Of a stretch of DNA of 64,000 bases, positions 11,288 to 22,704 are shown piece by piece. The translations under genes were made by a program, and so were the position numbers. Below the pieces are notes generated by a model. The model ran no database searches, was not told the origin of the DNA, and saw only the letters and a program-made list of their open reading frames with translations. The stretch comes from Monocercomonoides exilis PA203 (Eukaryota > Protista > Preaxostyla): assembly GCA_001643675.2 (NCBI GenBank), contig LSRY02000021.1:1-64000 (forward strand), in the 5' to 3' direction. The stretch's first letter is position 1; every line of letters begins with the position of its first letter.

Positions 11288-14200
11288 ATTTTCTGGTCTG
11301 GGCACCCGGGGTCATTTACCATATTTGAGGTTTTTTCAATGAAAGTGACTGAACAAAACCCAGTGCACAGCCCACCCAGCCGGCCCAGCCCACAGCCCAC
11401 AAACCAGACCCCGCCCACTGCACAGCCCTGGTCCCCCGCTGCACCGTCACTTTTGTTTCTGGAGCTCTCCCTCCAACACCTGAGGAGATACGTTCGTTGA
11501 AAGAGAGGGGGTACCTCAATGGCTGGCCCAGTCATTTTTCACTCACTTTTTCTCACACCACCGCTCAGCCAGCCAGCCCAGCCACACTCCCACCACCCAG
11601 CCTTGTAGCCACTGCCCACACGCCCACTCTGCCCACATCAGCTTAGCTGTAAGTTATGACCGATAAAAAGATACAAGGGTTGGAAGGCAGTTTTCCAGTC
11701 TGTTTTCCCAGTGAAAAAAGTGAGTGTCTGACCCACCCAGCCAGAAGGATACACAGGCGCCCAGCAGCACCCTGCCCAGCGTGCAGCCACAGTCTGTGCG
11801 CACACTGTCACTTTTGTTTCTGGAGCTCTGGCTCCAACATTTGAGTTTCTATAACCACCGGAACATTGTACCCTCAGTCACCTTTTCTGACTGGGGAAAT
11901 ACAGTATATGTCAAATAGAGCCAGGCCAAGCCACAGGGCCTGCTCAGCCATAGGCCCAGCACAAAGCCCGCCTCACTCGCTACTTGCCCTGTGGCCTTTG
12001 CTAGCCCCGCCCATCAGCCCTTCCACAGATATCCTCCACTCAACCCCCTTTTCAGTCAAACTCAAATTGAGTCTGTGAGTTTTTCGAAAAAGATGGCACT
12101 TCGAGGTCGGGCAGTCAATATCACATAGAAAAATTATCATAGAAAATATTCATTTTTCATATAAAAAATTATTGGTGACATGGTTACTTGACAACCACTG
12201 GACAGATATCTTAGCAATTGCACCACATCCTACCCCCACTAACATACCCCAATATATCCCTCTAACTCCGATTACTTGCCTTCCCTTCACTCTCCACAGC
12301 TCTCCCAAGTCAATACCCCCAAGTCATTTTTCTATGTGATTTTTATATCACAGAACTTAAATCAACTAGCCGCTCGGATTTCTCACCAACCACTGGGCCG
12401 ATCGAAACGCCGTTTGGCCACATCCGGGCATGGGTTACTGTGCCGGTCATATGTGTTTCGATTCAGCCGCTTGCCTCTCCTTCGCTCTCTGTGACTTCAC
12501 CAACCAGGCACCCCCAGTCACCTTCAAAATTTTTATTTCTTTTTTGGACCGTCTGCCAGACCCCCGCCACCAACACACATATGCATGCTATTACCGCACT
12601 ATATGCACATATATCATATATTAATTGTAAATTTATCTTGACATTACTTCTGGAGTTATACTCGATTTACCTCAAAAATGACCATTTTCACTCAAAAATT
12701 CGTTTATAACTCAGAAACTACAAATAAGCGTATCCAACCAAAAATCACCAATATACAACATTACAACTCAAATTCATGTGTCTAATCATATTTTATATCG
12801 ACTTTGAAATTTTCGAGAAAAAAATATTTTTCGATTTTTCAGTCAAAATCACCAACTTGTCCGCACTGCCCTGCCACAACCGCTCGGTAGAAAAAATTTA
12901 GATTCGAGTATGTTTATAAGGGGCCCACGACCTTGCCACCTGCCAATTATCAAAGGAATCTGAGACCCCATATTTTTCGGTCGTTGATCTAAGATCACCA
13001 CTTTTTCAGTCAAAAACTTCATATCACATTTTCTCGCTAACCAGACCAATCTGGCCCGAGAAAAAAATTCAGCGGACTATTCGCGAATTATCCGAACTTT
13101 TGTGTTTTCATAAGTTTCGATCACAACTTTCATAAAAACCGATTTTCACCAATTTTTCATTTTTTCTGACTAACTGGAGCTAAATTCAACTTTATCAGAA
13201 AAATCAATTTTTCACATTTTTCGAATTTTTGACCATGACTTCAAAAATTCACAAATGGTCCAACTAACACTCCTGAAAAGTCTCACGACTTAGAAAAATT
13301 TATTTATCGAGATATTAAAATTTCTTTTTCAAAATTTTGACTGAAAAAATTAAATAAACATATCATTCCACAATTTGAATCGATTAATTTCTGATTTTAA
13401 TATCAATCAATTCCTCTCATAATATTACCCATATACGTAACTTTTCATCAACCACTAATTCCAACTTCTTCATTAAATATCATTTTTTTAAAAAAATGTT
13501 TGATCTAGATCAAAACCATTTTTCTATGTTAAGAATTCGACTTTTCAAAAACAGTTAGTTACCAATCTTGCTATACACCAACACACTCCCCACCCCTCAT
13601 AACCTATATAAAACATTATTTTCAAATTTATCTGTTCATGGAATAAAAAGAAAAATATTAATTAAGATTGAAAAATATGGAAAAAATAATTTCATAAGAG
13701 GATTGCTTTCAATATTAAAAATAAAAATAGCAGAGAGATATTATATGATTACTATTTATTTGATATAAAAATTGAGATGAATTGAAAGTTCCAAAAAAAA
13801 TAAAAAAATTAAATATTATTTGTTTTTAAGGAGAAAAATGAAAATATTTTTTTATTTCAAAAATTATTGAATAGACAAACATCAAAAAATTCTATAATAT
13901 GCAATATCATATTTACATTATATATGAATTTTTTTGCTGGAAGTTCTTTCTTTGTTATTAAGATAAAAAAATATTTTAAAAATTGAAAAAATTAAAAAAA
14001 TTATGTCATCACAAAGAATAGTTGAATTCAATTGGTTTTCATATATAATATAATAGATATAATATAGATAATAATAATATATAAGAACATTGATATTGAT
14101 GGTTGGTTCTGAGCAAACAAAAAAGTATCTTATTTTTGTTAATATTTCAGATTGTTATATTTTCATTATCATTCAACCACAACTATCAATATTCTCACAA

Positions 14201-14949
14201 TAATTATATCAAATCACACATTATCATATTACACATCTTTCTTCCAATTTTCATCAATTTCTGAAAAAAACAAAAAAAAATTTAAAAAAATATATTAAGT
14301 TTGAAAAAATAAAAAATCATGACAGCATGAAGAATGCATGTCAGATTATAATAGAAATTATATCAAATGAAAATAATTGTTGAGTATTTCATTTCACAAG
14401 AAACTGAAAAAATATTGTATTTTTTTTTATAAAAAATAACATAAAAATATCGATTTTCTCCATTGAAAATGACCACTTTTTTTCCTTTTTTTTCAAAATT
14501 TTCTCGCTAACCGCGAGGTCAGGGTAACATCATCTCGCGCTACTGCTCCTGTAGCGCTCGCTGGATGAAATCTGCGCACATCATTCCTGCGCGCAGATGT
14601 TCATCCATCTCGCGAAAGTCACAGAAAAAGAGTTAAAAGTTAATAAAAAAAGAAAGTTGTTTTATTAATAATATTTAGGGGGGGAGCAGCAAAATTTTTC
14701 AATGAAAATTTGAAAATCCTCAAATTTGCATGTCATAAAAGAGATACGCAGGGGGTGTTATTTTCAAAGAAAATAAAGGCCTTTTCTGATGGGTAAGAGT
14801 CCCACCCAAATGGCCGACGCGCCACACGGCAAAAGTTCGGTCGCTTTCGCTCCCCGCCCTTTTGCCGCGTTTGCCGCGCGGCCCCCACCCCACGTGCCTG
14901 TTTCTTCCTTATTCCTTTATTTTTTCCCTCTTTTTTCTATTTTTTAGGG

Positions 14950-15280
14950 TCAGAAACTTTTTAGAAATTATCAATTTTTGAGTCAAAAAATACTTCAAAG
15001 TCATGTGACTTGAGCTATGTGCAACCATGATTAACATGATTAACACATGCTATCATCATCTTTGAATATGTTTCTTTTATCTCCAAAAGGAGGAATAGAA
15101 ACTTTTTATCTTTAAGACAAAAAATTGACTCAAAAAAACTTTAAAGTTCTTCAATGAATATCAACCAATTTGATTAATATCATCATATCTTTGAAGATGT
15201 TTCTTTCAACTCCTTTATATGAAGAATCGAAACTTATTTTTTGAAATTATTTATTTTCAACTCAAAAAAAATTTCATCCT
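14950..15280. repeat. Degenerate ~130-140 bp tandem repeat (2-3 copies)
   Basis: tatcatcatctttgaatatgtttctttt...gaatagaaactt (~15051) versus tatcatcatatctttgaagatgtttctttc...gaatcgaaactt (~15178); (g/a)a(g/c)tcaaaaaa at ~14981, 15127, 15259. Confidence 0.6.
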
Positions 15281-15899
15281 TTATGACTTTTTCCCACATT
15301 GGATTCCCTCAAATTCCCATTTATTTTTTCCTTTCCCAAATTAAAAAAGAAGGGGGGTAGTACTTCATCCATGGTATTATTAAGGCTTTCCAATCATCCG
15401 TCGTTAATGTTTTTTTTCAATGTTTTTATATTCAATCATTCATACGTTTTCAAGCTGAAAAGAGAATATCTATGAATTTTAAAACATTTACTTGTGGGGA
15501 AGAAGACGGACTTTTTTTTCGTTTCCTACTTAATCAAAAATGTGTAAAATTGGACAATATTCAGAGTTAAGCCTCAGTAAATCGTGCAAACAAAACACTC
15601 TGAGACGCACAGCCCTCTGATAACAAGGATTCGTCTAATCCGTCATTCTCAGGCATGACCCCTTTACCTATATTCTCATTTATCTTTACAACAGCCAGGC
15701 AAAATAATTGAACAAAATACAAGTTCTATAATAAAAAAAAGAATTTTCTCTGCAACATGTTATAAATGGTGAAAAATCATGCAATATCATTTTCAATATT
15801 TAATAATGAGTAATTTGCATGATAATTAAAAGTTTTAATCATGAATGCTTTTTGAAGAAATTTTGATCATCTTCCATACTAGATAACATTATTCTGTGA

Positions 15900-17300
15900 A
15901 AACAACTGCTTTGTAAATGAGATAACAACGTTTTGTTAATTTGTTAAATATTTGAGTAGTCCTTTGCATTTTATTTTCCATTGCATTGCGCATAGCCAGT
16001 TTGAATGATTTTATTTATGACTTTCCTTAACATTCATTATTAGCCCATTTTATTTGAAGAATAGACACTTTTGTTCCTCTTCAAATTTCAATCTGGAATA
16101 TCTGGGTCATGTATCATAATTGATTAACAACAAAAAGCTTTAACTTTTTGTTATAACTGCGTGAAAATTCTTCTAATCTGGAGTGTTTGAGTGATGCAAA
16201 TATTTTACCGTTGGACTTTGAAAATACGCAACTTGAATATACAATGAATGTTTATTTTTATGTAATTTTCTGGAGTTCGTTATTTTCCTATTTAGAAAAA
16301 TATTGAATTTTTATTATTTTTGACACATAATGATACGCAGACCAATTACTACCGAAATTCTTTGGAAATTTCATGAATATTATTGCTAAAGACAACTTAA
16401 TTGTGCTTTTTAAGTTATCAAAAGAGGAAAACAATTTCAATCATTCATATAGGCTTGCAACTTATATTTTGATCAACTCGGAAAAGGACTTTGAAGCTGA
16501 TATTAGTATATTTCCGAGCACCTGCATGTCATATTAACTTTCCTGCGGTTTGCGCTTCAACTCCAACAAAAATAATACTTTGAATAGCGACTTCACATCT
16601 TCCAGTCATCTTTCAAGATCTTCAAAATATCATTGCAAGAAGTTGACATTCAAGCTGAATAATGTGCGATCAAAGAAAACTGCAAAAAAAAGAAGTATTT
16701 TGAATGTACAAATGTTTCTTCGTATAATTCTAGACAAATTTAGCCTCTTCCTGTGTCAATCGACATATCTGCACATTCATACTCATCTAAAATTATCTTC
16801 GCTATACCAATACATTTACTGCCTGAAATCAATATTCTTTAACAATCTGCTCAGACATTTTTAATTCTACGAAGGAAGTTCAACATCAAAGAAAGAAAGG
16901 AAAGTGAAGAGAAATGAGAAATCACAAAAAGTTGAGTCTCAGAAATTCACAACTTTGCGTTTATGATACATTTTGCGATTAAAGGAAGGATTTATATATG
17001 CAAATCTGAAATTGTCGGAAGCGTAATTGAACTTTCTTAAAGAAGCACGACTTGTCAAACAGTAGATCCATCTGATACAAAGTCCTATTCCAGTTTGACG
17101 GAAAAAATGAAGAGCAAAGAGCAATCACAAACGTCGTAAAGTCATCTGTTAAAGACGAAGCAGACATATGAAGAATGGAAAGAAAACCCTTCTTGTGCAA
17201 TTCTTTTCCAATTTAACATATTTTGATGATTACATGAAAATTGCAACTTCTTCATTTTAAGCATTCCACTTTTCATCTCACTTAAGTGAAAGTTAATAGA
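15900..17300 (-). pseudogene. Possible decayed gene debris
   Basis: Coding-like composition and short overlapping ORFs in shifting frames with splice-like signals, but no continuous frame or recognisable domain. Confidence 0.2.
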
Positions 17301-17731
17301 ATTAAAAAAAAAAAACTTCTTCTTTATTTCATTCGCCTTTATTTTGTAAATCATCTATCTTTTCTTTCTATTCTTCTATCCTTTGGATTCACATGGAATT
17401 TGGAAAAACAAGAAAAGAAGCCGAAGAACACATTATTTCTCAAAAGACCAAAGGCGAGAAAGCTGGAGATGATGAATATACTATTGAATATTGATTGTAT
17501 TTTCATGAAAATACTGAATGTGCAAACCATTTGAAGAAGATAATTTTGGAAATAAAAATAGAATAATTTTTTCTCATTATTTTTTGTTTCTTCAATTTAT
17601 TTTGATGAATTGAGATTAAAATGCAATTTTTCTTTACGATTATATCTAAAAGGACTTTTTTATTTTGTGAAATGAAGAATAAAAGGAAATGCATTATTTT
17701 TGAGCTGCAAAATTTAAATCATTTCATTTCC

Positions 17732-19191
17732 TTAAGCATTCACAAAGTAATCAGAAATATTCAACGATATGTTGCCAAAACCATAATATTGATCTTTTAG
17801 AAAATTCAACATTTTATGAAAGCTAATAATGACATCTTCATATCCTTCTTCCTCCATCTTTTCAAATATCTCCATTTTTGTTGCATTTCGCTTAGTTTCG
17901 TCCGTTTCGTCCTTCTCCTCTTCTTTCAATCTTTCTGAAATGGTCAAAAAGAAATGCAAACAATTCCACACTGTAAAATGTTCCAAAGTTGATCGTTTCA
18001 TTTCCTCTGAAAACAGATCGACAACACCTTCCTTCAACATAACATCAACTTCCACAACTCCATAATCTGATGCAGTTCTCAAGGAGTGAATGCATTTATT
18101 GCTAATTACTTCATTATTCCCTTTTGCTGCTCGATATACCTGAGCTATGCTGCTTAAAAGCCCAATAAATTCTTCGTTCCACAATGTGCATTCGGATAAG
18201 AAATCATTTATAGCATTGAGCCATCTCTCGATAACAAGAACTTTCTTCACTTTTTTCCCTCTTTTTTCCTCTTCTTTTCTCTTCCAATCCACATTTCTTT
18301 TCAGTTCTTCGATTTCTCTTCTTGCTTCTCTTGTGAAATGCAGCTCATTCACAATCACTTCTTTCATGCCTTTGTCTTTAACCCATCTTTTTATCAAAAA
18401 CTGCCAAGCAGATTGATAGGCAAGTCGTGTCAGATTTCTGTGTTCTTGATGATATTTGATGATTTCTTTGATTTCATTCAAATACAGTTTTTGTTCAATT
18501 TTCTAATGAAAAAATGATTTAAAAAAAGCAAACATAATAAAAATGAAATAGAAATGCTCATACATAAAATCCAACATTGCTCAAAGCAATCAACGCTATT
18601 TCCACTTCTTTTTGAGCTTCTTCGTTTTCCTCTTTCTTCAATGCAACTTTTATAATGCAAGGAACACATACTGAAAACATTTCAGGTGAAAAGAAGAAGC
18701 CGAGAGAAAGATAGCATTCGCAAAGATCGGTCACCAGCTTTTCATTTTTTCCTTCATCTTTCTTCCCTCCCTCAATAATCATCTTCTCAAATCTTTCATT
18801 CAGCAAAGAATATACAAATTCCAGATCCCATATATTTTTCAGCATTTTGCAATGTCCAACACGCTTCAATAGAATAATAGCATTTTCCATTGCAATTTTC
18901 TTTTCTTCAATCATTTTTGATATTTTATCGAACAGTTCTTTTGTGAAAACTGTTTGAAATTCTATATAATTCAATTCTTCCATCAGCTCATTCATTTCCT
19001 CCATTTTCTGCATTTGTTCATCTTTTTTGCAACCTTCCAGTTCGCAAAACAATTCTGCAAACGAGTTTCAAAATACAAAAAATTTTGTTCAAAACTGTTT
19101 AATCCAAATAAAGGAACAAACTTGAAAACCTCTTGGTTCTGGTCATTGTCTGAACTCCTTTTTTACATTTATCATCATTTGGCAAACTCAT
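17732..19191 (-). CDS. Lineage-specific E/K-rich helical protein of a multi-copy family (~443 aa, 3 exons)
   Basis: Exons 19191-19122, 19054-18564, 18502-17732 join in frame (MSLPNDD...RFSKLFCELE...GFY|KIEQKLYLNEIKEIIKYHQEHRNLTRLAYQSAW) through GT-AG introns of 67 and 61 nt. It resembles a large hypothetical family I recall from Monocercomonoides (recollection, not a search). Confidence 0.8.
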
Positions 19192-19499
19192 TCTGTATGT
19201 TGCAAAAAATATTCAAAAAGAGGGGCAAAGCCTGGTAAATAACAAAATAAAAGATAAATACAAACAACATTGATTATCTTGCAAAATAAAAAAATTCGCA
19301 ATACAAACTGTTAAATTTTTGCTTAATAAAAAGAAGTGTAAAAGAAATTGCGAAGAAGCCACAAAGATTGGCTGTATGAGTCCAAAAATAAAAATCTTTT
19401 GTTTCTTTTCGATCAAACCAATAGAAAATTTTCATTATCACAATTTTCAATTTTATCAATTCATAATTTTCCTTGAAACTTATTTCTTCTGTTTTCAAA

Positions 19500-20810
19500 A
19501 TTAGATTAATTTCTGACGTAGAAACGAAGATGGTGGAAGACAAGTGGAAAACAAGAAGACAACAAAATTCTTGAAGAGAACGAATTGATCGTATAAATTA
19601 AAGTTAATGAAGACTAAAATCAAGAACAAACGAAATTGGATAACTTGAATTGCTTTGTGAGCTATTGCTACTGATGTTTGCTTCAAAATACTTTATGGAA
19701 TTATCAAAGATGAATGAATTGAAAATCAAAAAAAGGCAGAAGAGCAAGATTAAATACAGCAAATAAAACTGATCTATGAATCAAGAAATGCTTGATTAAC
19801 AGAAAATCTTTGAAGATTATATCCAACAATAAAGCTTCACAATTTAAAATTTGCAGCTTTACATGGTAATTTGAATAACCGGCACTTGCGCACTTTTGAG
19901 AAATTTTACTGATTTGTTTTTATTGTTATTTCCAATTGCAATCTAGTGAATGGATATTGGATGAGAAATATAGCGAAGTCAATTTGAACGAGAGACATTC
20001 AAGAAATTCGCAAGATTGACATTTTTCTTTCAATTTCTCTCGGAAAGAATTATGCTTTGCTTGAAGTTGTTTCAAAAAAATTAGCTTGCTTCCTTGTCAA
20101 TAAAATTTGAGATACAGCTACTACATATGGTTTTTGGATTTATGAGAGAAGACTTCCAGATGAAATGAAGTGCACCAAATGCCAGCAGTCGGGTTTCCAT
20201 GAAGAACACTATATTCACCGAATCAACCAATACATGCTCAATCAGCCAAAGCTCCACTGAAATCTTCTATGAAAACAGCCACTGAAGTTTCCATCATCTG
20301 TGGCATGCACCATGGAAACTGGCTTTTGATCCATTCCATCGTGACGCCTTTGAAGAGCAAATTCAGTAATCACATCTATTTCTATGGTAATTCGTCGAAG
20401 ATGAACTTATTTGATCTTCTTGGTGTCAGACTCATTCCATATGCAGGCACCGTCAGAGCTAGAAACAGAATAATTAAGTTTTCAAAATGAAAAAACAAGA
20501 TCATCACATCAACTGAAATTTCACACATCCAAATGCTATTTCTCGATCTTTCAATTGTTCGATGACTGCACCATAAGAATGATGGTTTTCTTTAACTGTA
20601 TTGTCTTTTAGCACTCAGGAAATCGAAAAGTTAGGGCAAGCGACGAACAGAAACACAAAAACTGTCGAGCACAGTGAATTCTTCCTTATGGTCTTCATTA
20701 TCCTTTCATCCTTGTATTTCGCAAACGGAACCAATGCTGCGATATGCCTTTTTGAACATTTGTTTTAATTTTGTTCCATTTTCAATTTTCTCAAGCGTTC
20801 ACCTAAAAAT
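19500..20810. pseudogene. Possible decayed gene fragments
   Basis: Raised GC and codon-like stretches interrupted by stops; no intact ORF. Confidence 0.2.
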
Positions 20811-21151
20811 AATTTAAAATGGAATACAAATTAAATTTAATTTCAACTTTTATTGATGATATATTTAAATACTTTTTTATCCCGGACAAAGAATCTCTGG
20901 ACATATACCAAATAATTCAAATTATCCGAATAATTACAATAATATTATTTTTTTTTTAATACAAAACACAAAATCTCTATTAACGTAAAAAACGTTTTCA
21001 AGAAATTATATAAATTTAAGAAAAGAAGCTTCATGTTGATCTGTTGGATTTATGAGATGAAAAAATGATGAAACAAAATCAGATCATATTTCAACATACA
21101 TCTGAATTTATTCCTCTTTTTTGACATGGTTAGAATAATAAAGAATTGTGA

Positions 21152-22171
21152 TTATGCCTTGTGTTTATCGAGTGAAGCCTTCTTAAGGGCTTCAGCTCTC
21201 TTTTTCAGTGCAATCGAGGAACGCAGACCTAATTTACCTCCACCAACAGCACGTGCAATTTGTTCTGCTTTGTTGTTGTAGTTGGCTCTGCACATTGCAT
21301 TGACCTTTGTAAGCTCGTGCTTATCTGCTGGACGAACATTCACGAATGCAAGGCAGGTTGCAGTCTTTAGATGAACTGCACGTCCGAGACGAGCTTTGTT
21401 CTTTACAATGCAATAAGGAACATCCATCTTTCTGCAAAGAGTTGGAAGCCAAAGAACATGCTCAATTGGATCAACATCGTTGGCAATAACAACAAGTCTT
21501 GCCTTCTTTTGCTCAACAAGTGAAGCAACATGATTAACACCAAATTTAACAACGAAAGGCTTTTGTTGCTTGACGGTTTTCTTTTGTTTCTTTGCCTTTG
21601 CCATTGCCAAAAGACGCTTCTTCTTTTGAGTCTCGGTTTCTGGACGATACTTTTTAATAAGATTGAAAACTTTCTTTGCATTTTGCTTGCTAAGTGTTGA
21701 TGTGAATTGGTTGATCATTGCAGGAATCTTCAAACGAGTGTACATGATTTTTTTCATTCTTTGGAGTCTGATGTATCTGGGCCATTTCACCATTCTGCTC
21801 AAATCTCGTGGTGGAGGAAGGTCTCCGCCGATATGGAAGTGTCTTGGGCGCTTTATGCATTGATGTTCCTTGATCTGAGATGCAACATCGAGAGTCTTCT
21901 CCTCTTTTGTCTTCTTTCTCTTTTCAACCTTCTTCTTTGGTTGAGTTTTTTTTGCATCCTTTGGTACTTGTTTTGTGGCTTTTCCCGCTTTAGCCTTGAC
22001 AACTGGCTTTGTTGTCGTTTTCTTTGTATCCTTTCCCTTTGCCGGTGCAGGCTTTGCTGCAACTTTAACCTTTGGCTTTTCTGTAACTTTCTTTGTCACT
22101 TTCTTTTCATCTTTCTTGGTCTTTGGCTTTGGAGCAGCCTTCGCTGGTGCTTTTGCCGCTTGTTTAGGCAT
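21152..22171 (-). CDS. RPL7A: 60S ribosomal protein L7a (eL8), 339 aa
   Basis: Diagnostic motifs RDLSRMVKWPRYIRLQR, RLKIPAMINQF, GVNHVASLVEQKKARLVVIANDVDPIE, LPTLCRKMDVPYCIVKNKARLG. Confidence 0.97.
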   Translation of the reverse strand: MPKQAAKAPAKAAPKPKTKKDEKKVTKKVTEKPKVKVAAKPAPAKGKDTKKTTTKPVVKAKAGKATKQVPKDAKKTQPKKKVEKRKKTKEEKTLDVASQIKEHQCIKRPRHFHIGGDLPPPRDLSRMVKWPRYIRLQRMKKIMYTRLKIPAMINQFTSTLSKQNAKKVFNLIKKYRPETETQKKKRLLAMAKAKKQKKTVKQQKPFVVKFGVNHVASLVEQKKARLVVIANDVDPIEHVLWLPTLCRKMDVPYCIVKNKARLGRAVHLKTATCLAFVNVRPADKHELTKVNAMCRANYNNKAEQIARAVGGGKLGLRSSIALKKRAEALKKASLDKHKA

Positions 22172-22704
22172 AAGATCTCAACAGATCAAATCAAAGAATG
22201 GATGAGATCAAAACAATACCCAATATATGTTTCGTCACAATGAAAATTTAAAACTATTATTTAGAAAAACTATTTGATTTTATAAGTGAAAAATTGTTTT
22301 ATTCAAAATTTAACTTGAAGGATTACCTTTAACATAAATTTCAAAAGCAACGTTGGAGACTTTTTCTCGACTTTTTTTTTTTTATTTTTGCTTTTTTTTT
22401 CAATGATGCTGTTAAAAACACCAAAATACTCATTTTCAAATTTTTTTAATTGCATTTGTTATTGTGCTCTTATTTGAATACTTATTCAAACTGATAAGTT
22501 TAACTGTATTGAAAAATTTCTCCAATTTGTTGTAAAAGAATAAAAATTTTTTGTTAAAAAATTTTCTTCATATAAGAGAAAAAAAAAAAAAAAAAAAAAG
22601 AGAGAGAGAGAGAGAGAAAGAAAAAGAAAAGAAAAACGGATAAAATAAAATAGAGTAAAATAAAATAAGAAATAAGAAAAAATTGCCTAAGTGATGCATT
22701 TGCA

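Noticed and set aside
12360-12500. Possible 5S rRNA in the spacer
   Set aside because: GC-rich but lacks recognisable 5S conserved boxes on either strand.
40-13768. Many short ORFs over the rDNA and spacer
   Set aside because: Antisense to rRNA or within repeats, with no domain similarity; treated as spurious.
15595-15665. Possible hammerhead ribozyme (CTGAG..CTCAG and GGATT..AATCC stems)
   Set aside because: The catalytic core CUGAnGA...GAAA is not present in the right arrangement.
19645-19915. DEAD-box helicase-like peptides (IATDVC, AALHGNLN)
   Set aside because: Very short, interrupted by stops and in the wrong order for a helicase C-terminal domain.
20874-20895. TTTTTATCCCGGACA resembling the foldback TIR end
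   Set aside because: Only ~14 bp, with no partner arm.
21065-21110. ATGATGA...CTGA box C/D snoRNA near RPL7a
   Set aside because: About 40 nt is too short, it is antisense to the host gene and has no evident rRNA guide.
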